Shown here one piece after another: positions 23,119-37,870 of a stretch of 64,000 nucleotides of DNA (the stretch's first letter is position 1; each line of letters opens with the position of its first letter). The stretch spans positions 25,916,001-25,980,000 of the forward strand of contig NC_088807.1 of the NCBI RefSeq assembly GCF_011386835.1. The letters are read 5' to 3'. The position numbers were made by a program, and so were the translations under genes. The notes under the pieces are model-generated. The model made no database searches. It was not told the origin of the DNA and saw only the letters and a program-made list of their open reading frames with translations. The stretch comes from Chrysemys picta bellii. Lineage: Eukaryota.

Positions 23119-23700
23119 GGCTCCAAACGGCGACCGCGCGGTCACGTGGGTGAAACGCTCTGCCCCCTTGTCCCGTCCCTGACGTAGCAGCTGACTCCCG
23201 CGGCCTCTTATTGGGCAGCTGGGATCACGTGTGTTTGCCCCCCGACACGTCACATAAAGGCGCCAGGAGGTGTATCCAATCTCTCATTGGTCAGTTGGAG
23301 TCACGTGGCGGGGGAGACCCCCCCTCTTGTCCGGCCCTGCGAGCACGTGAGGAGGGGATTCCGCCTCCCTATTGGCTCTTCTGCGAGCACGTGACGTATG
23401 TTGCCCCTTCTCACAGGCTCCTGGGTCCCACGTGATTATGCGGTCTTCGCTCTGATTGGTTGTGTGGGGGGGGGGGAGCGTCAGCTGGGGGGGTGCGGGA
23501 CCCTCTGCTCTGTTCTTCTGATTGGTCAGCCGGAAAAGGAGAGCTGGACAGCCCCGCCTTCCTCCCTCCCATTGGCAGGAGCCGGTCACATGGGCCTGGG
23601 GGCGGGGGCAAGTTGCCCGCGGGATCAGGTGAGCGAGAGGGGCAGGGGAGGGCGCTGACTGGCCCGAGTGCGTCACGTGCGTGGCTGCAGGGGGGGCTCT
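23119..23700. promoter_or_regulatory. Bidirectional CpG-rich promoter of TIMM17B and PQBP1
   Basis: Head-to-head genes. Seven CACGTG (23143, 23226, 23302, 23344, 23388, 23429, 23674) and seven CCAAT/ATTGG (23210, 23276, 23286, 23371, 23455, 23521, 23571). Confidence 0.8.
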
Positions 23701-24114
23701 AGGTGCAGCCTGGAGAGCGGGGGGGCCGGACGGAGACTGGTGGGGGGGAGCCCGGGGGGCGGGGCGGGGGGAGCCCCAGGAGGGGGCCCGAGGCGGGAGG
23801 GGCTGAGGGGGGCGGGAGCCCCAGGCGGAGGAGGGGGTCCGGGGGGGTCCCAGGAGGGAGGGGCGGTGGAGGAGGAGCCCCAGGGGGGAGGGGCGGAGGG
23901 GGGCGAGGAGGGGGCCCCAGGGGCGGAGGGGAGGAGGAGGAGCCCCAGGAGGGGGGGGGGCCCGAGGGGCGGAGGGGGCCCTAGGGGGGAGGGGCGGAGG
24001 AGGAGGAGCCCCAGGGGGGAGGGGCCGCCCCCCCCGGGGGATGTGGGACGCGGGGGCCCCGCACCCCCCCCCAGCTGACGCTCCTCCCCCCCCCACCAGG
24101 TTCCGCCGCTCCAG

Positions 24115-26952
<2,838 letters not shown>

Positions 26953-27509
26953 CCCCCGCCCCCCCAACCCCCACCTTTGTAATAAACCTGGAGCGATGCA
27001 ATGGGGACCAACCTGTGTGTGTGCCCGGCCTGCAGGGGGGCTGGGCAGGGGGCGCTCTCAGGTAGTTCCCTGGGTCCTGGAGCCAGAGGCGAGAGAGAAC
27101 CCAGGAGTCCTGGCTCCCAGCCCCCCCCGCTCTGACCCACCAGCCCCCACTCCCTCCCAGAGCGGGAGAGAGAACCCAGGCGTCCTGCAGCTCCACAGAT
27201 GACAGGACACATATGCCGTTGTGTCAAACTCCATGTTGGACAATAAATAGAAAAGGCCACAGCGGGGAGTGATAAAAACAGGGGGTTCCACAGGGCTGCC
27301 CCATAGCCACTGTGTTAGGGGGCATTAAGACTGAGCGCTCAGGCCTGTGTCCTCCCCATAAGCACTGGGGGGCTTGAGCGAGGGGGACTGGCCACGCTGT
27401 AAGCGGGCGCATCCCCTTCTGGGAGGTAGGAATGGCTGCCTGCCTTTTATGGAAGGGCAAACTGAGGCAGGGTGAATCAGGAAATGGCAGTGAGGTGGGG
27501 CTCCCAGAT

Positions 27510-28880
27510 CCCTCCCAGAGCCGGGAGAGAACCCAGGAGTCCTGGCTCCCAGCCCCCCCTGCTCTAACCCACCAGGCCCACTCCCCTCCCAGAGCCGGGA
27601 GAGAACCCAGGAGTCCTGGCTCCCAGCCTCCCCCACTCTTACCCACCAGCTCCCGCTTCCCTCCCAGAGCGGGGAGGGAACCCAGGAGTCCTGGCGCCCA
27701 GCCCCCCCTGCTCTAACCACCAGCCCCCACTCCCCTCCCAGAGCCGGGGAGAGAACCCAGGAGTCCTGGCTCCCAGCCCCCCCTGCTCTAACCACCAGAC
27801 CCCACTCCCCGCCACGAGCCGGGAGAGAACCCAGGAGCCCTGGCGCCCAGCCCCCCCTGCTCTAACCACCAGCCCCCACTCCTCTCCCAGAGCCGGGAGA
27901 GAACCCAGGAGCCCTGGCGCCCAGCCCACCACCTCTAACCACCAGCCCCCACTCCCCTCCCAGAGCCGGGGAGAGAACCCAGGAGTCCTGGCTCCCAGCC
28001 CCCCCTGCTCTAACCACCAGCCCCCACTCCCCTCCCAGAGCCGGGGACAGAACCCAGGCATCCGGGCTCCCAGCCCCCCACTGCTCTAACCACCAGCCCC
28101 CACTCCCCTCCCAGAGCTGGGGAGAGAACCCAGGAGTCCTGGCTCCCAGCCCTACCCTTCCATTGCATCTCCTACTTATTTCTGAAAGCTGCTGGCAGGA
28201 TCCCAGGCTGCCTCAGCCGGCACCACGATGCAGCCACCTCTGGGGCAGGGCGGAGGGGCCCCTTGCCGAAGCCGGATGCTTGGAGACGTGGCGACCATCG
28301 CCCCCCCCCCAGTCGCTGCCCAACTCAGGAACCCTTCTCTTTACATGGCAGCCTGCAAGAGAAACGGGGATGGTTGGGCTGGGGCAGCTGGAGCTCAGAC
28401 TGGGAAGAGAACCCAGGAGTCCTGGCTCCCAGCCCCCCCCACTCTAACCCACCAGCTCCCACTCCCCTCCCAGAGCCGGGGAGAGAACCCAGGAGTCCTG
28501 GCTCCGAGCCCCCCCTTCCCTCCCAGAGCCAGGGAGAGAACCCAGGAGTCCTGGCTCCGAGCCCCCCCCCCCACTCTAACCCACCAGCCCCCACTTCCCT
28601 CCCAGAGCTGGGGAGAGAACCCAGGAGTCCTGGCTCCCAGCCCCCCCTGCTCTAACCACCAGCCCCCACTTCCCTCCCAGAGCCGGGGAGAGAACCCAGG
28701 AGTCCTGGCTCCCAGCCCCCCCTGCTCTAACCACCAGCTCCCACTTCCCTCCCAGAGCTGGGGAGAGAACCCAGGAGTCCTGGCTGCCAGCCCCCCCCCA
28801 CACACACACATACACTAACCCACCAGCTCCCACTCCCCTCCCAGAGCCGGGGAGAGAACCCAGGAGTCCGGGTTCCCAGC
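27510..28880 (-). repeat. ~74-bp SINE-head repeat arrays between PQBP1 and SLC35A2
   Basis: Arrays at 27510-28150 and 28400-28880. Confidence 0.85.
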
Positions 28881-29689
28881 CTCCCACAACCCAGTAGTTC
28901 ATGCAGCTTACAATGTACCTGGTTAATTTTGGGGGGGCTGGTCCTGCGGGTCTGCTTGAGGGGGGGGGTCCACAGAATTCTCCACCCCCCAAGCCCTGGA
29001 GTTCCCCAGCTCCCCCCACATCCTATGACTGCCCCACTGCCCCCTCCCCCAGCAATAGGGGCTCAGGGATATTAAGAAACTAGCTCCAGCACCCCACTTT
29101 CATTGCTAATAGCCAAGAGTACAGGAGACATTTCCCATCCCCGCCCCCCAGGAGCCAGCGAGTCCCCCAGCCTCTGGCTGGATGGAAGGTGCCCCCCCCC
29201 CCCAAGGGGCAGGCCCTATGCCCCATTCTCACCCTCCCCCATAGCCAGCCAGTCCCTGCCCTGGGGCTCCTGGCCCACCTCTGGGTGCCACTGGGAAAGT
29301 CCATTCCCTGTCTTGGTTTCCCCACTGCTGCCACCACGACCTGGCGGTTGGGAATCTCTCTCCCCCTGCGGGGGGCATCGGTGCAGCCCCTGCCCCAGTG
29401 GCAGGGGGTGACTCTGATCACCAGCTGGGGAGGTCTGGGCCCTGCCCATGGGGGTTCCCCAATCTCCGTGGAGGCCCCGGCAGTGCAGACACGGGGGATA
29501 ATACCACCACTGAACATGGGCGGCGGGGGGGGGTTGATGGGCCAGGGGACAGCGTTGGGGTCACCCCCTCTCCACCTTTGGCACTGAGCCCTGGGAGAAG
29601 TGGAGGGCTCAGCTTGTGGGGCCGGGGGGCCCTGCCTGGGGGAGCTGCAGCCCCAGGGCGGGGCTGAGACCTGGCAAACTTACCTCAGG

Positions 29690-30435
29690 AGCAGAGCCAG
29701 CACCCCCCAGAGGGGACAGGCCACTGCCCCACTCCCCACCCCCCTGAGCCAGCCACTCCCTGCCCTGGGGCTGAGTGGGAGCCGACGCGCCCCAGAGGGG
29801 ACAGGCCCCTGCCCCATTCCCCGCTCCCCTGAGCCAGCCAGTCCCTGCCCCATTCCCCGCCCCCCTGAGCCAGCCAGACCCTGCCCTGGGGCTGGGTGGG
29901 AGCCGGCGCCCCCCAGAGGGGACAGATCCCAGCCCCATTCCCTGCCCCCCTGAGCCAGCCAGTCCCTGCCCCATTCCCTGCCCCCCTGAGCCAGCCAGTC
30001 CCTGCCCTGGGGCCGGGTGGGAGCCGGTGCCCCCCAGAGGGGACAGGCCCTGCCCCATTCCCAGCCCCCTGAACCAGCCAGTCCCTGCCCCATTCCCTGC
30101 CCCCCTGAGCCAGCCAGTCCCTGCCCTGGGGCCAGGTGGGAACCGGTGCCCCCCAGAGGGGACAGGCCCTGCCCCATTCCCTGCCCCCCTGAACCAGCCA
30201 GTCCCTGCCCTGGGGCCGGGTGGGAGCTGGTGCCCTGCAGAGGGGACAGGCCCCTGCCCCACTCCCCACCCCCCTGAGCCAGCCAGTCCCTCCCCTGGGG
30301 CTGGGTGGGAGCCGGCGCCCCCCAGAGGGGACAGATCCCAGCCCCATTCCCTGCCCCCCTGAGCCAGCCAGTCCCTGCCCTGGGGCCGGGTGGGAGCCAG
30401 TGCCCTGCAGAGGGGATAGGCCCCTGCCCCATTCC
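29690..30435 (+). repeat. ~85-bp repeat family array
   Basis: Same family as 4545-4850. Confidence 0.85.
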
Positions 30436-31016
30436 CCAGCTGTTAGTAGGGTTAGAGGTCATGCACTAACACGAATCCTAGGACCCCCCCACACACACGT
30501 GTTGTCGTCCCCCATCAATCACCAGGCACGCCAGCTAAATAAATACACTCTCTTTATTCCGCGCGGCGGCTCTGCAGACAGGACAGCGGCCGGCAGGGTT
30601 ACAGGCGTTTAAAAAACCCACCCACCCCCGGTCCGTACAAAATATGTCACCCGGCATCTATGTGCAGTGGTAGTGCCCCCGCGGGAGGGTGTGCCCCGCC
30701 CCAAACCCAGCCCGCTGGCCCCTTGGCAAAGCAGCGCTCCCCCCGGCTTTGGGGCAGGGAGGGAAACGGAGGCAGAGAGGGCTGGAGCTGAGAATTGAAC
30801 CCAGGAGTCCGGGCTCCCAGCCCCCTGCTCTGAGCCACCAGCCTCCACTTGCCTCCCAGAGCCGGGGAGAGAACCCAGGCGTCCTGGCTGGGACGCAGAC
30901 CCTAAGCGATAAGCTAGCCCCTTCCCCCAAGTCAGCAGGGCATCAGATGACGGCGCATGTACCATCACAACGCCCCCGGCCCCCACCCTGGTTACCAGGG
31001 CTGTGACCTTCATCTA

Positions 31017-31103
31017 ACACCTGGCACTGCCCACTGGCGGTAGACAGGACACTGGGCTAGATGGACCTTTGGTCTGACCCGGTACGGCCGTTCTTCTGTT
31101 CTA
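31017..31103 (+). mobile_element. Turtle-type CR1 3' terminus (tail shared with CR1-dependent SINEs)
   Basis: ggacactgggctagatggacctttggtctgacccggtacggccgttcttctgttct, matching from memory the reptilian CR1 3' tail ending in (TATTCT/GTTCT)-like repeats. Confidence 0.75.
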
Positions 31104-32636
31104 ACACCCCCTCAGTCCCCCCCCACACACACTCCCTGAGCCGTGGGGCAAACAGCTTTCCCGCCGGGACAGCACAGGGACCAGCTCCCCACAGCTGGGA
31201 TGCTGTACAGTGGGGGGAAACTGAGGCAGAGCCATGAGACCCCAGACCCCCCAAGCCAGGAATAGAACCCAGGAGCCCTGGATCCCCTCCCTGCTCTAAC
31301 CACTAGACTCCCCTCCCATCCCAGAGCCCAGGAGAGAACCCAGGTGTCCTGGCTCCCAGTCTCCCCTCCTCTAACCACCTAGACTCCACTCCCATCCCAG
31401 AGCCAGGGAGAGAACCCAGGTGTCCTGGCTCCCAGGCCCCCACCCCTCAATAGCAGCACAGGGTAGAGTGACACAAAATATATCTAGTCATCTCATTTGT
31501 CTGAGGTAGGGGCCAGCCCCCCGGCGTCCATCAGCCGTCACTCCATGGAGTCCCTGGGGATAGCCCCCAGCAGCGGCAATGGGGCCAGCCCCCCAGCTGC
31601 TGGGAAGGGGTTTGCAGTGGAGTCGGGGGGCGCTGCATGTTCACACCGTCTGCTCCCCGCTGTATGGTACCACAGCATCCTCTGTCCCCACTGCCCCCGG
31701 GATCTGCCCGCCCAGGGACGCCGCCTCCCGCCGGGGAGATATGGGTTAGTAATTAATGGCTCCCACCCAGCCGAGCCCCAGGTCCGCGTCCTGGAACACC
31801 CGGGGGAAACTGAGTCACAGTGTTGGGGGAGGAACTCCGCTGAAATTTACAGACAGCAAGTCCTGACTCCCAGCCCCCCTGCTCTACCCACTAGACCCCA
31901 TTTCCCCCCCCCCCCCCCCCCGAGCCAGGGAGAGAACCCAGGAGTCCTGGTTCCCAGCTCCTTCCCTCAACTTAACAAGTTGGGGGGCTGTGCGTGAGAC
32001 TACTCCGACAAAGGGGGTGCTGTGGGGAGTCCAGGGGGCAGCACTCCCACAGTGCCTGGGCGAATCATCGCCCTTTGGAAGGGTGGTGAGTCCTTCCTCC
32101 ATGTGCCAGCTTGGTACGGCCGAGCCATTCCTGGGGGCTCCCTCCCGCCCCCCGTCTTGATGCACCGGCCATCGGGGCTGCTTTGGTATCGTACAAAAAT
32201 AATCCTCTGGCTCAATCCATTTGCCGGCCCCTGCGGCTCGGGGGGGGGGGGGAATCATGGTCTCTTGGGGGGCTGGAGGTGACCCCCACATAACCTCTCC
32301 CCCCTGTAGTGTGCACCTAAATGCCTCTCCTGGGCTGAGCGTCGGGGGTCTGTCATCCTGCCCCAGGAGAGGGGAACAGGGTCTGAAGTGGAGCAGGGCG
32401 GGGGACAGATGTGGGGCAGGGGATCCAGAGGGGAGCAGCAGCAGAATGCTTGGAGGGGATGGAAAAGGGGGACATGCTTCCCCCCAAAGACCTCTCAAGT
32501 GAGGGAGACTTGGGGCAGGAGCCAAGGTAGGAGGGGCAGGGAGATGTGGGGGGCAAGGACAGATGGAGGGGGCAGGGGAGACCAGGAGGGGCTCACAGCC
32601 CAGGAGAGACCCCCCACCCCACCCCCCTAGCAGGCC

Positions 32637-35600
32637 TCACTCAACCAGCACTGACTTGGGCAGGTAGCCCGGCTCGCTGGGTTCCTTGCCGAGGGGCGGC
32701 GGGGTGGTGGGCTCCTGGCGGGGGCCCAGGGGCGGCCCGGCCTTGGGCAGACTGTACATGTAGACGGCCCCGATGACCAGCCCAGCCCCCAGGGCGAAGG
32801 GCGGGTGCAGCCGGAACCCGAAGAGGTACATGGAGGCCACGGTGGAGGCCACGATGGAGAGCGAGGTGGCGAAGCCCTTGAGGATGTTGTCCGCGTACTT
32901 CACCACCACGGCCACCAGGAGGCCGCCGAAGGCCTGGTTGAGGACCACGCCCCACACCAGCGGGCTGTAGGCGTGGAAGAAGCCCTGGGCGGCCACGGCC
33001 GCCCCCTCGGCCCACCACATGCCCACCAGCCCCAGCAGGGTCCCGAAGATGCCGAGCTGCACGTTGCGGAGCCAGACGGAGGCCGAGCTGCCCTTCAAGA
33101 TCTTCTCAAAGTAGACGCCGGCGAAGCCCGAGGAGAGGCAGGAGACCACCACGGCGACCAGGCCGACCGCGTAGCTCTGGGGGGCCGAGCCCGGGGAGCT
33201 CTGCCCGCCCGCCTGGCCCTGCTCCACCTGGACGATGGCCACACCGGCGAACAGCAGCAGCAGCGACAGCCACTGCCGGCGCGACAGGCTCCTGTGGAGC
33301 ATCAGGACGGAGAAGACGGCCGTGGTCAGGATCTTCAGCTGGTAGGTGACCTGCGGGGCGGCGGGCAGGCAGGTCAGAACCGCGGGGGGCCAGGCCGGCA
33401 TCCCCTCCTGACTGCCCCCAGCCTCGCATGGGACCCCCCACCCCAGTATCCCCGGGCACACCGACGGGCCCATCAAGCCCGGCGTCGGGGCTGGGGTCCC
33501 ACCTGGAAGGTGGCTGCCGGCAGGTTGGAGATGGCGACGTACTGGAGGTTGTTCTGCAGCGTGTAGATCAGCGAGGGCACCGCCAGCTTCAGCGTGTCCA
33601 TGTACTGCAGCACCACGGCGTCGTACAGGAACAGGGCGAACTGCTTCACGTTGCCTGCGGGCAGAGAGAGCGCGCCGGGGACGGCTCACCGGTCTGCCTG
33701 GCGCCCACCCAGCCCGGCCCGCCTAGCTCCCCGCGGCGCCCGGACCGCCCAGCCCCCCACGGTGCCCACCCAGCCCAGACCGCCTAGCCCCCCGCGGCGC
33801 CCGCCCGGCTCGGACTGCCCAGCCCCCCCGCGGCGCCCGGACCGCCCAGCCCCCCACGGTGCCCACCCAGCCCAGACCGCCTAGCCCCCCGCGGCGCCCG
33901 CCCGGCTCGGACTGCCCAGCCCCCCCGCGGCGCCCGGACCGCCCAGCCCCCCACGGTGCCCACCCAGCCCAGACCGCCTAGCCCCCCGTGGCGCCCGGAC
34001 CGCCCAGCCCAGACCGCCTAGCCCCCCGTGGCGCCCGGACCGCCCAGCCTCCCATGGTGCCCACCCAGCCCAGACCGCCTAGCCCCCCGCAGCGCCCGCC
34101 CGGCTCGGACTGCCCAGCCCCCCGCGGTGCCCACCCAGCCCAGCCCGCCCAGCCCCCCACGGCACCCGCCCAGCCCGGCCTGCCTAGCCCCCCGCAGCGC
34201 CAGGGCCGGACTGCCAGCGGGTGGCTTACCTATCTGCCCAGCTCCCCACGGCGCCTGGCCCAGACTACCAGGGGAAAGCGCCCCCTGCCCAGCCCCCCTA
34301 CCTCGTTTCTGGATGAAGATGAGCAGCAGGCAGGTGGCTCCCTTGAGCAGTTCAGCCATCACCACGGCCGTGGTGGCGAAGAAGCGCTCCCCGGGCAGGG
34401 TTCGCACGTAGCGGATGCTCAGGATCAGGGAGGCGTTCTGGACCACTAGCACCGCCAGGCTGATGTACTTCAACCGACGGTTCCCTGCGGGACAGGGACG
34501 GGTCAGACCCAGGGCCCAGCCCGCCTGGCATCCCCCCCGGCATCAGACCCAGGGCCCAGCCCGCCTGGTGTCCCCCTCCCCAGATCAGACCCCCCATGGC
34601 CTTCCACACACACCCCTTCCCTGCAACGCTGCACCCAGCCAATCCCCCAATGCCAAAATCCTGCGACACCCCCTTGCACACTGATCTAATCCACATGCAG
34701 AAGGCAGGCTTCCCCCTCCCCGGCCCCACCACACGCAGGATGCATTCAGGGGGCTTGCGGCGCTGAGATGCAGCCACTTCTGGGGCGGGGCAGCTGGGGA
34801 ACAGCTGCACATAACGCTGCACAGGGATGGCTCGCCCTCTCCCTCAGGTGGTTCAAAACTTCCTCAATCACTGCTTGGCCAGTTTATCCCCATTTCTTCT
34901 CGTGCTGGGGTTGTCGCTTAGCGTCAGTAGCTCTTCCCCCTGGTGCTTCATCCCCACCCCTCATCAGCCTGTGTTTTCGGCTCAACTAGACCCGCTCCTG
35001 CAGCCGCCCATGGCGAGATCAGCTCGCTGCTCCCCTGATGAGCCCTCCTCTGCCCCCCTCTTTTTCCTCGGATGCAGGCTGGCCAGAACAGAACACGGGC
35101 GTCCGGAGGAGGCCCTCGTCCCATGGCGTTAATATGGCCCAAGCTCGTCTGGAGACACCCCGGGGGCCTTTTCCCCACAGCTCAGGACTTTCTCCTCCTG
35201 TTCACAGATGATGAGCTCCCCACTCAGCAGCCAAAGACGGTCTAATGAAACAAAAGACGGGGCTTTCTGCCCTGTGTCTGGCCAGCCCCTAACACCACAG
35301 AAATCTGCATGGCGTCGACCGGAATCGAAAGAATCCACGCCGAGCACAGTGGAAGTTTGATTGTAGACCCTACCATAATAGAAACTGTCAACCACCACCA
35401 AAGATTTGTGCCCATCGGGGCAGGGGCCAAACAGCTCTCAGGAGCTGGGAGACAAGGATTTCTCTGGTCGGAGGCAGGACACCGGGTAGGTGGGCCCATG
35501 ATCCGATCTAGATGTTGCTTCCCAGCGTGATCGATTGCTGCTAATTTCAACTCCTGAGTCCCGGAAGAAAGACTGGCACCGAGACGGGCAGCATTTCAGG

Positions 35601-36721
35601 TGCCCGGGGGGGGGGGGGGGGGATTTGGCATCAACTGAAGGGAACCAGATGCAGTAAAGTGACTGGCTTCCTGCTGCAGCCGGCTAAGCAAACACACACC
35701 TGTCCGGAGTCAAACCAGGAAATACGATAAAAGGGTGGGGAATTTCCCTCCCTTGACCGCATTCCAATCCAAGGAACGGTCAGGCCGGCCCAGTGCTACC
35801 GTGAGGGGGAAATCCGGCAGACTACGCCAGGAATGGCTCACACCACACAGACGCAGCTGCCTCTGGGGAGGAGCAGCTGCGGAACAGCTACACGTAACGG
35901 CACCTCCGAGTGGGGAGAAAAGCAGGAAATCCCACTCCCGCCCCATCTCTCTCTCCATCCCCCCCCGTGTGCAACCCGCCCTGCTCATCATGGGGGCCAG
36001 AGCTCCTCTTTGTACACCAGACACCCCCCCCTTGCGTATGTCCAACCCCACACGCTCCCCCTTCAGCAGCAGCAATTCCCTGGTCTTCCCTACTCCGCCC
36101 CGCCCCACACCCAGACCCACTGCAGCCTCCCTCCCACGCCGTCCCAGGGTCTAAACCAACCCCCCCGTTTGTAGGGTCTGCCCCCCCCCCCGGGCTCCCC
36201 TCCCCACTTCCCCCTGTGTCCATGCGCCCCCCCGGTTCCTCAGTGTCCCCCTCCCTGCAGTGTCCCCGGAAACTGCCCCCCCCCCCCAGCAGCCGCTCCC
36301 CCATCAACCCCCTGCCCCCGGCATCTCCCCACTGAGCATGAGCCACAACCCCCCCCTCCCCCCCCGCAACGCCGCCCTCCCCCCAGGGACCCCCCCAGGG
36401 ACCCCCCCGGCATCTACCCCCCTCCCGCACCAGGGTCTGCGCCCGCCAATCACAGCTAGGGACCCGCCCCCTCTGCGCTGCCCCCCCCGGCGCCCCCCCC
36501 CACGTGCCCCCCCCGCCTGCCCATGTCCACTTCCCCGCTGCGCCTTAACCCCGCCCCTGCCACCGGCTCCCCGCGGCGCCCCCTTCTCCTCGGGATCAGC
36601 CCCCCCGGGGTTCCCCCCCAGAACCCCCCCGTCCCTGCCCCCCCGGGGCCCCCCCGCCCCGCGTCTCACCCCCCGCGGCCGCCTGGTCCCCGCCGCCTCC
36701 GGCCCCCCCAGCCGCTGCCAT
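32637..36721 (-). CDS. SLC35A2: UDP-galactose transporter, 4 coding exons, 366 aa (read-through, UGT1-like C-terminus)
   Basis: Exons: 36721-36670, 34484-34302, 33654-33503, 33350-32637 (1101 nt). Translation includes [96 protein letters not shown] and ends [15 protein letters not shown] on the minus strand at 30553-30558. Confidence 0.96.
33690..34200 (+). repeat. Composite GC-rich minisatellite in SLC35A2 intron 2
   Basis: cgcccggaccgcccagccccccacggtgcccacccagcccagaccgcctagccccc units. Confidence 0.85.
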
Positions 36722-36810
36722 GGTGGCAACTGCCCGGCAACCCCCGGACCCCGCCCCGCCGCCACTTCCGCATCCCCGCTTCCGCTTCCGCCCCACCGCG
36801 AGAGGCGGGG
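36722..36810 (-). promoter_or_regulatory. SLC35A2 proximal promoter with ETS/GABP-type sites
   Basis: CACTTCCG 36763-36770, tandem CTTCCGCTTCCG 36779-36790, and GC boxes, just upstream of the ATG. Confidence 0.6.
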
Positions 36811-36819
36811 CTAGAACGG

Positions 36820-37325
36820 AGCCCGCCTGGGGGGGAACCATAGAGAGCGGGGGGGCTGGCTAGAGCGGAGCCCGCGTGGGGGGGGACCATAGAGAGCGGA
36901 GGGGGCTAGAGCGGAGCCCGAGTGGCGGGGACCATAGAGAGCGGGGGGACTGGCTAGAGCGGAGCCCGACTGGGGGGGGGGGGACCATAGAGAGCGGGGG
37001 GACTGGCTAGAGCGGAGCCCGAGTGGCGGGGACCATAGAGAGCGGGGGGACTGGCTAGAGCGGAGCCCGACTGGGGGGGGGGGGGACCATAGAGAGCGGG
37101 GGGGGCTAGAGCGGAGCCCGAGTGGGGGGGACCATAGAGAGCGGAGGGGGCTGGCTAGAGCGGAGCCCGAGTGGGGGGGACCATAGAGAGTGGAGGGGGC
37201 TGGCTAGAGCGGAGCCCGAGTGGGGGGGACCATAGAGAGTGGAGGGGGCTGGCTAGAGCGGAGCCCGAGTGGGGGGGACCATAGAGAGCGGAGGGGGCTG
37301 GCTAGAGCGGAGCCCGAGTGGGGGC
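36820..37325 (+). repeat. ~45-47-bp minisatellite directly upstream of SLC35A2
   Basis: ggggggaccatagagagcggagggggctggctagagcggagcccgagt, about 11 units. Confidence 0.9.
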
Positions 37326-37344
37326 ACTATAGCGTGCAGGGATG

Positions 37345-37870
37345 GCTGGTGGCTAGAGCAGGGGGGCTGGGAGCCAGGACTCCTGGGTTCTCTCCCGGCT
37401 CTGGGAGGGGAGTGGGGGCTGGTGGTTAGAGCAGGGGGGGCTGGGAGCCAGGACTCCTGGGTTCTCTCCCCAGCTCTGGGAGGGGAGGGGGGCTGGTAGG
37501 TTAGAATGGGAGCCAGGACTCCTGGGTTCTTTCCCTGGCTCTGGGAGGGGAGTGGGGGCTGGTGGTTAGAGCAGGGAGCGCTGGGAGCCAGGACTCCTGG
37601 GTTCTCTCCCTGGCTCTGGGAGGGGAGTGGGGGCTGGTGGTTAGAGCAGGGAGGGCTGGGAGCCAGGACTCCTGGGTTCTCTCCCTGGCTCTGGGAGGGG
37701 AGGGGGGCTGGTAGGTTAGAATAGGGAGGGCTGGAAGCCAGGACTCCTGGGTTCTCTCCCTGGCTCTGGGAGGGGAGTGGGGGCTGGTGGTTAGAGCGGG
37801 GGCGGGGGGGGCTGGGAGCCAGGACTCCTGGGTTCTCTCCCTGGCTCGGGGAGGGGAGTGGGGGCTGGTA
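37345..37870 (+). repeat. ~74-bp SINE-head repeat array
   Basis: Same unit. Confidence 0.85.

Noticed and set aside
30914-30940. LLTWGKG resembling the SLC35A2 UGT2 tail LLTKVKGS
   Set aside because: No upstream AG acceptor, the first lysine is missing, and the stop is out of frame; probably chance.
35205-35300. Possible C/D snoRNA (ATGATGA at ~35208) in SLC35A2 intron 1
   Set aside because: No CTGA D box or terminal stem at a suitable distance.
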